Below are positions 10,757-22,775 of a stretch of DNA of 64,000 nt, piece by piece. Every line of letters begins with the position of its first letter. Within the stretch, counting starts at the first letter, position 1. Origin of the DNA: Phoronis australis (lineage: Eukaryota > Animalia > Phoronida); the NCBI GenBank assembly GCA_002633005.1, contig NMRA01000242.1:470868-534867 (forward strand), written 5' to 3'. The position numbers were made by a program, and so were the translations under genes. The notes beneath the pieces are model-generated. The model was not told the DNA's origin and did no database searches. It saw only the letters and a list, made by a program, of their open reading frames with translations.

Positions 10757-13448
10757 CGTAAATATACTAGGCAGTCGCAATTGCACGAGATGTCACTGTT
10801 TGAAGAAAGACAAGGATGCAAGGAAGCCATTTTGACAGTTTGGTTGTGCAGGAAACTTTTCATTCTATGTTTTAGTGAATGGTAAGTATCGAAATCACCC
10901 CGGTCGCATTTATTCTTAGTCTTCCCCGACCTTAAACACACAAAGAATGCAATAGCATAGGTGATTATTTTTCACCCTTAGAGGGTACTTATTTGTTATG
11001 TTTTGCATTTTACTATGAAAAACATGGCACCCATTTTGTGCTTTCTGAGGCTCTTGGTATAAATATTGAATAGTTATTTTTTGTTAATTTGATGAATATT
11101 TTTCTTCTACTTTATTTTGATGCCCCATGTTATGTCAGTGAGGTCAGTGACGCAATTCGATCTTTTCAAAACCGTACCAATTGCAAGATCAGGAGTGGAG
11201 TAGACGGTCGGTAAAGCTAAGTCACATTTAGGTCTCTCCAAGTTGTCGGGTCTGCGAAAAGCTCTCAAGGAGCATAATAGAAAAAAGAGAGAGATATCCT
11301 TGGTATGACCACTAACAAACTAAATTATAGTTTTTCATGAGAGGCGAGGTTAGCACACCATCAGCAAGTAAATAACAAGCAGTTACAATATCTGGGGACA
11401 GGCGGCAAAATAGTCTGTTAAGTGACACCTTACAGAACCTGTACAAGGCGTTCAAGCTTAATGATCCCATTACGAAGGGTTCTTAAAACGAGTAACGTCT
11501 TGCTTGTTGAAATATGCTTAATCCAACGGATTGTTTTGCTTAATCTACGGTACGCTTAGTTAATCTACGAGTACATTTGTTTTTTAAACGATCATCGTTC
11601 TGCTCTTAATCTATTGATTTGAGAGCACGGGCGTGAGTGGACTATATGAACTGATTAAAACTACGCGTAGATTATGCCCATTTTAACTCGTAGAAGTGTA
11701 CTGGTTAAGAACCATTTGACGCTTCATACGATTGCTTCATTCACGGAGAAATGTTGGTATTAAACCCGTGATTTATCAAGGTTTTATTATTTAGCAATTC
11801 CATATAAAAACTAGATGGTGGACTAAATATGCAAAATCATCGACCCTTCTGAATCTTAGCACATCAGCTGGCCTCCACAAAAGAAACCTGAGTTTTTAAC
11901 CCTTTCTTCAACCACTTTGATTTTTTTCTTAAAAATCGCAAATATAGTACTGGGAAGTAGATGAATTTCGTCAGTATCAACACATCATTGTTTCACACTA
12001 TAACAAAAATAACGACATAGCAAAAAGAGGAAATTATAAAATACAAAAATAGCTTGATGGAGTTGTTAAATTCTTATGTTGTCCCATTTTAGCCTACAAA
12101 GATGTAATTTTCACTTTATTTTTAAGGCTATTTTACTCATTTTTATCGCATTCCCAAATCTCTCGCAAATTTTTGTAACATGAACTAACTTCCACCTGTT
12201 TTCACTATATTTCAATATTGTTTAAATTATCAATAGGTTTTGAGTAAAAGCATTACTAGAGATAACGACTTCGCGAGCGACCAGTGGGAGCGTCGCCTAA
12301 GGACTACACGTGAAATATCAGGTCACGTAACCACATATGTGTTGACGAAAACTCTTTTTGTCACCAAAGGCGGTTTCTGTTGTCACTTTTAAAAAATGGC
12401 AGAGAGCAGTGGAAGCCGCCGTTACAATTTGCATTGTTAACAAAGACATTACATATACTTCCAAAGTTCCCCAAGCAGAGAGGTAGGCTGGCCGAGCAGG
12501 GGCGTGAAAATAAATCGTCCCTTCTACCAGTGGGCCTGTAAAAGGACTCAAAGGAATGCAAAATTCAAACATGACTATTGTGTGACTGTAACCATTAGTA
12601 ACCTTCCTGAGCGGACTGAAAAAAGGCGGTCAGATAGTTGAAAATTCTCCCTTCGATTTTTTCTTTCAAATTTTCAGTCGCAGCATAAGAAGTTCATCGT
12701 CGACAGTTACTGAAAACATCCGTATGCGTTGTCTCTTCTTATAAAAAAAAACCTAACCAGACTTTGTTTGAGTCGTTTTTTATAAAATCAGCATGTTCAA
12801 CATGAGATAGCCAACCCCCGTTTTCATTGCTCAAGCCAGTGTTTGCGTGTACCAGTAAAGTAACAAAACGACGCATCAGGCCTTCCAGTCTTCTGTCAGT
12901 TAACAACGATATGACCATTGACACATTTGGATTAGATTTTAGTTCTGCTAATTTAATTTTAAGTGGATATTCGCTTTGCAAATGGACTCTGCGCTCAGCA
13001 CTTCGCCTGAGATAAACTTAATGTTGTCGGTCAACTTGTTCCTCATGACTCGCGTCGAGACGACCAAGCACAAACCCCGCAATATTCCAAATATCCAGCA
13101 CAGACAGGAACTGAAGTTGAAAATAAAACGTCCAGGGCAGATTGCAAAGTCGTCCCAGTCTCTCAATCACGTTTTTCATTCCCAACATTTGGCGAGCTGA
13201 CGAGGTATGACATCTGACGTATTTTGATTTAAAAATAAACCACAAACTCGTTCTTCCCGGCGTCGTCCGCGGCTTTTACTCCTTGAAAAAAAAAACTGGC
13301 GGTGTCAACTCTCAAACACTATTTGGCCAGACAAATGATGCGTTAAACATTGCCAATGTTAGTAATGAAGTCAGAGAGAATATGAAAATAATACATTTAA
13401 ACCTTGAAGTCATATTGCATGTTTGAGACAGCTCAGCTTAGTTCAGTT

Positions 13449-15988
13449 CAGGAACTACAAATTCCTCCCATTTACGACAAGGTGGTACTTCCAACTCAAC
13501 AACGCCGGGAACAGGTGAACAAGGGCCTGAGTTGCAGCCTCGAAACGTTATGCTTACCTAACTTATAGTATTCTAGTAAGTACCTTCTCTCCTTTTTACC
13601 ACCATGACAGAAGACGATGATGAATTCTGAACACTTTTAAGGCGAACATGGACATGATGTCCTCAAAACCCTTTGTAAACTCGAAAACATTACCAAGACG
13701 TTAGCGACTTGGAAAAATCATAGCAATTTCAACATCCGTTGTTCCCGCTGTAAACTCATTCCGAACTGTATCCGTCTAACATCTACGGTCAAAGGATTTC
13801 GTGCCAAAATCCTTCGCAAGTCTGAGACGAAATTATTCCAAATTTGCATAAGTCAGTGCAATTTCACCATCAATCAGCTGAATTTCGAAAAGGAAAAACT
13901 AAGATCTCAGAAGGGAAGTGACATCATTTCTTCAGACTGCGCATGAATACACATTTTTCTCCTCAAAACAACAACAACGTGAAAAGTTTGACCAGTTGGT
14001 GTCTCGACAAGTTCCCTCAAAGATCGACAATGAAACCCGTCAGAATTTTGCTGAGAAGTGGGTTGTTAATATCCCAGATCACCAGCTCACCAAACCACAA
14101 CGATCTATACTCAAAAAAGGTTTGAATTTCCCTGTCACTCCCACGCGTGCACGGAAAATGCCGCTGGTCGATTACCACCCGTCGAAGCAGCCCAGCTTCG
14201 TAACGCTGTCACCCGTATCGTTAGGTATGCCAAACCTCCCAAGCCCAATGCCACCTCAGCTGAGAGGAAAGCCATCTCTGAGGTTCGTTCCAACCACAAC
14301 AGCAAGATACTCCCAGATGGCAAGAGAAAAGCCACTGTAGTTATTAAACACTTCGATGTATCAGGAGAAGATTGGGGACCTGTTATCGGACTCCAATCAC
14401 CAACAAACCACTTTCCAAAGATCCCACCAGCAAGTACTTTAGTCAATTAGTGAATATCCTACCATTAGTGATAGATTGTATTGAGAACTATATCCTGCCT
14501 CGGAGGATCCACCAAAGATGTATGGTTCACCGAAAATACATAAGCCCAACACCTTTCTGAGACCTATTGTGTCGTGCTGTGGCAGTATGACCTACACGAC
14601 TGCTAAATATTTAGCTAAGATACTTTCTCCCCTTCATGGTAACAACCCTCACAGCGTCAATAACAGCCAAGACATAGTCGACAAACCTCAAGATCTGGTT
14701 GTCACCCCTGGCAATAAATTCATTTCGTACGACGTCAGCGCACTATTCACGAATGTTGCAGTCCACAAGGCCCTTACCATCATACGACAACGTCTAGAAA
14801 AGGACTCTTTGTTACATTTACGCACCGAACTTTTCGTCAATCAGGTTTGCCAACTCCTTGGGTTTTGCCTCAATACCACGTATTTCCAAAGCTATGACAA
14901 CTTCTGCCAACAATATCATGGTGCAGCCATGGGTTCAACTGTGTCCCCGATTGTCTGTGGCATCCACATGGAGGATTTCGAGGAGAAAGCTCTCGCCACT
15001 GCTTCGTCTCGACCTTTATGGTTAAGGTATGTTGATGAGACGTTCGTGTTACTGCCTGAGTATGACATTGACAGCTTTACACATCACATTAGCAGTTCAT
15101 ACGATAACATATTTTTACCATGGAAGCTGAGGCTGCCGATTGCCCTTCCTAGACCTATGTGTGCACGTGAAAGACGATGGTTCTACCAAGTTGACAGTAC
15201 ATCGCAAACCTACCCACACCGACCAATATTTGAACTTCAAGTCCAACCACCTTGTTCAATACAAACAGTCTCTTGTGAGAACACTACTGAACCGTGCAGA
15301 AAGATACATCACTGAGGACAAGGACAGGAAGAGTGAACTTCAACACATACACCGTGCTTTGAAAGCCAACGACTATGAGGTATGGGCAATGAGACTTAGT
15401 CATAATCGCAAATCTACCAGCACTAGTGATGACAGACATAGGATAATCGGTAAGATACTGTATATCCTGGTTTGTCCGAAGAGCTACTCCGCGCTTTTAG
15501 AAGACGTGAAGTCAATACTTATTTTAAACCCATCAACACTCTCCGCAGTCAACTGGTTAAACCTAAGGAAGTCACCCTACTTGAGAAGCAGTTGTGTGTT
15601 GTTTATCAGATCCAAAGTGACCAGGATCCTTCCCACACATACGTCAGTGAGACCAAACGTACTCTCGGCACTGGCTTTGCTGAACATAAAAAACTGGACA
15701 AACCCGCTGCTATCGGAGACCACTTGCTTTCTTCTGAACCACACCGTCAATGTCTGCAACACTAGAGTTCTATCCAGGGGGGAACATTGGCACTCCCGCA
15801 AGATCAAAGAGGCCATTTACATTAAACAATGCAACTCCCACTCAACAGCGACCAGGGATTACAACTTCCTCCCATTTACGACAAGGTGTTACTGCGGGTG
15901 TTACAAGGTGTTACAACGGCGGGAAGATCAGTCATGCGAACAAAGGCCTGAGTTGTAGCCTCGAACCGTTATGCTTACCTAACTTATA
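13449..15988 (+). mobile_element. Penelope-like retroelement (RT + GIY-YIG), near full-length but frameshifted, flanked by direct pseudo-LTRs
   Basis: [54 protein letters not shown] and a decayed GIY-YIG (VVYQI...YVSETKR...EH). The 3' end is repeated at 13449-13567 and 15853-15988. Confidence 0.92.
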
Positions 15989-16465
15989 TGTGCTGTTTGT
16001 CTATTCTGTATTTCTTAGCTGAGTATAGATGGCGCTGTATGTTCAGTGTTGTAACAAGTTGTCAGGGAGTACTCTATTAGTTCGATTTTCTCAGTACACG
16101 TGTCTTGCCACGAGACCTGTTTGTCTCCTCTCTAATTAAATCCCACGTACATAACATGTAGACCGGGATCCCAGAGCTTTTTTCAAAGGCTGGTTATCGG
16201 GAATGATTTGGGCCGTAAAAGTTTCCGCGTTTTTTGTCATTGGTCATTCCAAGCCCTGATTAAATTAAGCACCATGTGCATACGTGATCTGGAAATATGT
16301 TCAATTTTATCACAAGTCTGAAAACCAGTTTGAGCGATAACTAAAGATCAACCATTTCACTTTTTCTAATCTCATTTTTGTTGACGTTAATTCAATTGGC
16401 AGTAGCATTTTTTTATTGTGTCGCCCCCCTTCTGTCAAGTAACAGTCCTTACTATACATTGCCAG

Positions 16466-18183
16466 TGCTGTGTTGGCTTCTAAGCTGTTCAAAGAGAGAC
16501 TGAACCTGATTGGTAAGGTGGGCTGTGGCCTGTGTGTGGTGGGATCTACTGTAGTGGTGATACACGCGCCCAAGGAGTCGGAGGTAGAGAACATGCAGGC
16601 ACTTGCTGATAGGATGAAGGACGCAGGTACAGTTCACTACCGCATGGTCACACTTGCTCTTAATAATGGGATTTCCCACAATTTTAGTGCCGTTCTTGAG
16701 GTTCCATGTACCCCTAATTGTTGTCTTCCTGTTAGTAACCAGTAGCTCAGCCCATAAAGGTATGTATTTTTGAAACTATGAGGCGGATTTTTCATGCCTT
16801 TCACGATGCTGCTACTCTTGTGATGGTATGGTCATGCATTTGTCAAAACTATATCTGCACTAAAATTTGATAAAAAGACTCAAAGACCTTTTCAGTGTTT
16901 CCCCATAAATTGAGATGAGTGACGTCGGTGTTTGCATTAGCGAACGATTTCGACTTAGATTGTTTTAGATGTTAGGACTTCCCTTATTAAAAGTGGTTCC
17001 ACTTTTTAATTCACCATGCTTCTCTAGAGACAGTTACTTTGGGAAACATGTTTAACCTTGTGCATTTAGGATTCAAAGTAGGGTATTTGTAAACGTAATT
17101 TAACTTGTTCTATCAGCTCAGAGATGCTTCCTTGAATTTTCTCAGAGCTTGGTTGTACACCCAAACTTAATGAGCTTACATGAGTTGTGTTTTCCATATT
17201 CAACTATGTGTTTTGTAGTAAGGTTTGAAAATATGCTTGTTTTTGAATGGAGCCAATTGAAATGTTGTCAGTCATTGGCGTCAGTTGTGAATTGTTTCTC
17301 CAACCTAGCAGTGTGAGAAGTGTTCCAGCGTATGGTGAGGGGTGTGTCTGTAAAATATCGAGGTGTGCCAGCGTGTGGTGAGGGGTGTGTCAGTAAAATA
17401 TCGAGGTGTGCCAGTGTGATGGACGTGCCTGTGCAGTGTCAAGGGTGTGACAGTGTTGTGCTGTGCTGTTTTTTGATAGTTAGTGATTAGCGCTGGTGGT
17501 ACATAGTGTATTATAGCTGTGATTTGTCTTGTTCTGCAGGCTTCATTACTTATGTGTTCATCGTGGCCATCGTCAGTGTCGTGCTCATCTTCTATTACAG
17601 TCCTCGCTACGGCACGTCCAATGTGCTCATCTAAGTCTCCATCTGCTCTGTCATTGGTTCGCTTTCTGTCCAGGGTTGTAAGGGCCTTGGCATGGCCATC
17701 AAGCAGACATTCGCGGGTGAGCAGCAGTTTACCAACTGGCTGACCTACCTATTCCTGTTCCAAGTTGTATTCTGTGTCTCTATATAGATCAACTACCTGA
17801 ACCGAGCACTCGACGTCTTCAACACGTCAGTGGTGACACCTATCTACTATGTATTCTTCACTACATTCGTAATCATCGCTTCTGCAATTCTTTTCAAGGA
17901 GTGGGGCAACATGAGTGTTATTAACATTATGGGGACCATATCTGGATTTCTGACTATTGTCTGTGCAATATTTTTGATTAATGCATTTAAAGACATGGAC
18001 GTATCTCTGCGTAACTTACCAAAGGCTAGGAAATCAGAATCACCCATTGTAAACTCTACGTCAAATGGGGGAGTGTCATATTCCAGACACGATGAGACTA
18101 GTTTACTAGTGACCTCTGGTGGCGAGGAAGAAGAGGAAATCAGTGGTATAGAAACGTCATTTAGTGTTGTTCAAAGGAGATGA
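16466..18183 (+). pseudogene. NIPA2: NIPA-family Mg2+ transporter (NIPA2-like), last two exons only (16466-16626, 17540-18183), with two premature stops
   Basis: ERLNLIGKVGC..GSTVVVIHAPKE and [26 protein letters not shown]...AILFKEW are NIPA signatures. Canonical GT-AG phase-1 intron. TAA at 17632-17634 and TAG at 17785-17787 replace conserved Tyr and Gln. No upstream NIPA exons recognised. Confidence 0.9.
17320..17415. repeat. ~43-bp intronic tandem repeat (2+ copies)
   Basis: GTGCCAGCGT(A/G)TGGTGAGGGGTGTGTC(T/A)GTAAAATATCGAGGT repeated. Confidence 0.8.
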
Positions 18184-19179
18184 CATATTAGTTCAATATT
18201 GATTGTTGTACGGATTTGTAAATTGTACAGAATATATTTTTAATCGTACAGTGTACAGTCTGCACATATCAGGGTGACATTTTGAACTGATGTATTTGTT
18301 ATAATGTGAAATTGTTTCTCTACTCCTGGAAACATGTAATCAAAATGCCTGCGGGGTTCAATTTATGTTCTGCTACTAATGGTTGATGAATGATTAACTG
18401 TTGCTTCTACAACTGCCTCATTCACATTGGGAGCAGGATCAGCCCTGGGGTGTCGCACCTGACAATTTCATAGGTGTGGAAGAAAAGTACCACATGTCAA
18501 ACACTACTACCACAAATCCGTGGATATTTCACAGGCGACATTGCTGAATTTGGGATAGTTATAGCTACTCCATTTGAGATGTATTTTTAACTTTCATTGT
18601 CAAGTTCTACAGAAACGAAATGAGTAAGAGCAGGAATTCTTGAAATTGGAAATAATAATGGTCTTCTGTGAGCTAGTAAAGTCTCATACCCTGTGCCTAG
18701 TCAGTTGAATTGTTGCATTAATTTATTATCCACTTGTGGCATCATTTCTTAAGTCAAATGTCAAATTGTTGTGGACCTGAGCTGGGACTAGAGTCTAGAA
18801 GTCATGGATGTCTCGGCCATGGAGTATGTAGTCATCAGAATCTAAATTTAGAGAACACAACTTACAGTCGGAACTGCAGACGTTTTCTGAGTGCGTTCAC
18901 TGAGTCTCATTTTCGGTTTAAACAGGTTATATCCAACTATCATTGAAACTTGTATAAAAAAGGCTCAAAATCCTTCTTGTGGTAAGTAAAATATGTCATG
19001 CTTATAAAAAAAAACACCTTCTAAAGGTAACATTTCTAATTTGAGGAAAGGATATTACATTCTACATGAGGTTCATTGGTAGTAATATTTTTTTGTAAAC
19101 TGTAAAAATGTGATGTCAAAATAATTTATGTAATGTTCGTGTGTAAATTTTATCATCTGTCAATCGGACATAATTCTGG

Positions 19180-20760
19180 TTTACATGAAGGTATCCTTTC
19201 TGAAAATGTTGATGGTGCAGTGGGAGACTTTCAAATAGCAACTTGGGGAATGGCCACATGGGACCGGATACCAGTGACCTCTAGAGGACGGGAAGGCACT
19301 TAAAAACTTTTGTTCAGAACACATCACACTAAATCCCGTTGTGGGATAGATTTCACGTATATCATGAAATTTAGTAAATCGGTTTCTATTTAGGAAAGAC
19401 AGCATTTTCTCATTTTATGCACCACTCGGTGGCCATTTTGGTTTTTTGAGTATGTTTTTGTCATCTCCCTCTCCATTCATCAAACCGCTTGAAGTATTTT
19501 CAAATACTCTACCCCCTAGTGGATTATTTTTTGTTCCACGGGTGTATCTCCCCTACCCTTTGCAAGATCTTTCTGAAATTTTGCAGATGTGTTCCTAAGG
19601 AGATGACATCAGATGACGACCAGTTTCATACCATTCCAACTACAGCTGTGCTCCCTAGTGGCAATTTTATTTTTTCATGTTTGCCTCTGTAACTTCCTTG
19701 AGTTCCATGATACTTTTCATAATGTTGAACAAACAAATTTTTAAGATGAAGAGGACAGCATCTTTCCTTTTTGTGTTGGATTACACGCATTCTGCACCAA
19801 CTAGTGGCCATTTTAATTCTTTTTTAGTCAGTTCCGAATTTTCGAGTCAATGTTTTGGAGTCAGTGTTTTGGCGTCCGCTTTACTATCTGCCAAACCGCT
19901 TGAAGGATCATTCAGAAAGTTAGCGGGTGTATTCCTAATGAGGAGACCAAAGCTCACTTTCGAACTACTCTGGCACCCCCTAGTAGTAATTAATTTAGTC
20001 TTGTTTTTGTCGTCTGCTTCTGTATCTGCCTAACCGGGAAGAGGATCACTGTGAAAATTGGCAGATGTGTTCCTACTGACAAGAGCATAACTGACGTGGA
20101 TTTTCGGGTCCAACTACTGTGGTGCCCCCTAGTGATGTTTCATCGACTGTATTGTTGCGCGTTTCTTGCTCAATTTCAAGATCGAGTTTGCGTGAATTTG
20201 GAATACACGAGGAAACTTGACAAGTTCACTCAAATCACGTTCACGTTGATAAAAATTTGCACTGCACTAAATCAAACTACATCTTAATAAAATAACGCAT
20301 ATTTTAACCAATCCTTATGCAACTATTGGCGATCTTATCCACCAAACAATAATCGATTTAACCAATTACATATTCCTCTGACTCTTTGACACAAGTTATG
20401 CTAAAGGAGAAAATGGATGACCATGAAGCCAATAATCACAAAAATTCTTTACACTGAATAAAAAATTCACCTGATTGCCCAAATGAATATTCAGTTCCAA
20501 GTTTACGCATACGCGATCGTAAGATTAAGCAGGATATTAAGTTCATGCACAGCAGTACCTCCTCAACCACATGCAAGTTGTTTTTAAAATTTTGCAATCG
20601 TAAGCCTAACTTGACGGCAGATGGACGGATTCGACCACTGCTGTGGTTCCTAGTGGCACTTGACGTTTGTCGTATCTTTGGATTTCTTTGACCGATTTTC
20701 ATGAAATTTGGCGAATAATTTTGGTAGACGACGACACCTTCTCCTTTTTGGATGGGTTCA
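19180..20760. repeat. Degenerate tandem array of Helentron-type (HINE-like) internal repeats
   Basis: Recurrent CCCCCTAGTGG, GAAATTT(T)GCAGATGTGTTCC and TTTTCATGAAATTTGG motifs, shared with the 59868-60252 element. Confidence 0.5.
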
Positions 20761-22775
20761 ATGTAATCTGTACCGGTACCTTCTAATGGCCATTTTTATG
20801 ATAGAAATAAATACCCTTTGAAGCACACCGTCTGCGGTGCAGTCGCGGGCGCATGTCAACGCTCCGCGTTGCTTTTGAATGTAACTAATGAAAATGTGAC
20901 CCTTGGGGTCAAAAAGTAATGCTGCGGGTCATCATCAGAGTCTTGTTTAATATATGCCATGGCATAGTATACATTCGGTCATTTTTCAAGAGGCAGTGGT
21001 AAGCAGCGGAGTCTACTTGAGGGAGCACTACATCGAGGTGGTAGAGCGCCAAATCCGACGTTGACCCGTCCACATGACCAACCACCATCGCTTTTTATTC
21101 TGTCCATCAGTTCTGCTATGTTTTTCTACAAAAATACTTCAAACATCCTATATTATAAACACTCTGTCTATCTCTGTATACGTGTAGCCTCTCGATCATT
21201 TCATATTACAATGGCGTCTGGCATACCCCTCAACTGCATTCCTGAGGATATCTTCAAAGTCGGGTTGCATGAGACACTGCCTAAAATGGCGTCGATCACA
21301 GGGGCTTTACCTCCTTTACCTCTTCTTCTTTTTTCCTTAAACGGAAAAAGCAGTAATTTATTCATGTCGCCAGTTAAACGAGTTTACACACAGTGACAAC
21401 ATCGCACGTGCAAGTCGTCATTACAAACTAGCATTGGTATCGTGACGTGTACTTGGCCGCGGTACGCCTTTTTGACTCGGTTGTAAGACTAGTGAGGCAC
21501 ACGAAATGATACTAATATTTTCATTAAGGAGCGTAGCTTCGCAAGCTGATATCAAACCATTTTTTGTTCAGGTAATCGGCGTATTTCCCTCCATTATGTT
21601 TTCGCGGCCTACAATGATAAAACTGCCAACTCAGACAGCGAGTTTAATCTCCAGTAACAACTATTCATCAGTTTTACCCACGAACCGGAAATATTGCATG
21701 TAAGTTACAAGTTGAAACCAATACTATATTGTGGTAAGTGGTCTGCAGGGACGAGTCCAGGATTTTGAGTTGGGGTATTTGCCAGGAATGCGGTGATTTG
21801 TCCCCATGAGTCATAATCAGGTGATTAGTTTAATGGGCCTGGCCTTGTGGCCTAACCACGCCTGATGTACCGCAAAAGGCATCAGGCCACCTGCACCTTT
21901 TTTTTAGTTAGGACTTTGCCCGTCAGGCATTCGCATCCACGAACTGCCGAATGGGATCTGGGAAAAATTAGGCGGGGGGGGGGGGTTTAGGGGCATGGCC
22001 ACCTTGGCCCCCCTATATGCGCCACTGGTCTGATTGAAAAGTTCTATTGGTGTTTTTTTATATTGAAACGTGTCTAGTGCATAACGGCTTGATCTTTACA
22101 ACGGAAACTTCACGTCATTGTCGTTCGCAGACAGGTCACGCCACCTACGAAATTCATCATGGTGACGCAATTGTCCCAGAAATTTGTGTGAAGCTTCGTC
22201 AAAATAGCGTAACCAGTTTACGTCACAGACTGATCGTGTGTCTACGCTTTAAAAAGGCATTGGCCGTTGTTTAGCTGCCCATGACGAATTCATAACGGGG
22301 GCTTTAAATGATAATGAACACGTACGCCTGATATTGAATTGTTGCTGATGACACGGGTGACGCTTGCTTACGCCATTTTCAGGGCTTGAAATTTTCCTCT
22401 TTTAAGATGATTTCCTCTTTTTTGATTTCACTTTCCTCTTATTTGATTTCCAGTTTCCTCTGTTTGTCTTTTTATCATTATTTTAACACCATTCATGCAA
22501 AAATGTTCATTTCAATTACATTTTACAAAACAAAAACATTTCTATCACACAAGCCTATTTATTTGTGGAACGATAATCACGTGCAAAAATTTCCTCTTTT
22601 TTGTCATTGGTCCCGATTCCTGATTTTCGAATTCACTGCCGACCTCTATAAAATTTTGAGCGTTTTCTTGAATCATTGGTGGTTTCGATGTTCTTGTTAC
22701 TAATGGGAATGGAATCTTACCAAGTCCTGACTTTATGAGAGCAAAATGTCCAATTCGATTTCCATTTTAGTCATC

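Noticed and set aside
12318-13250. Overlapping short ORFs with a weak Harbinger HTH-like DELLMLRL
   Set aside because: Too little similarity to call.
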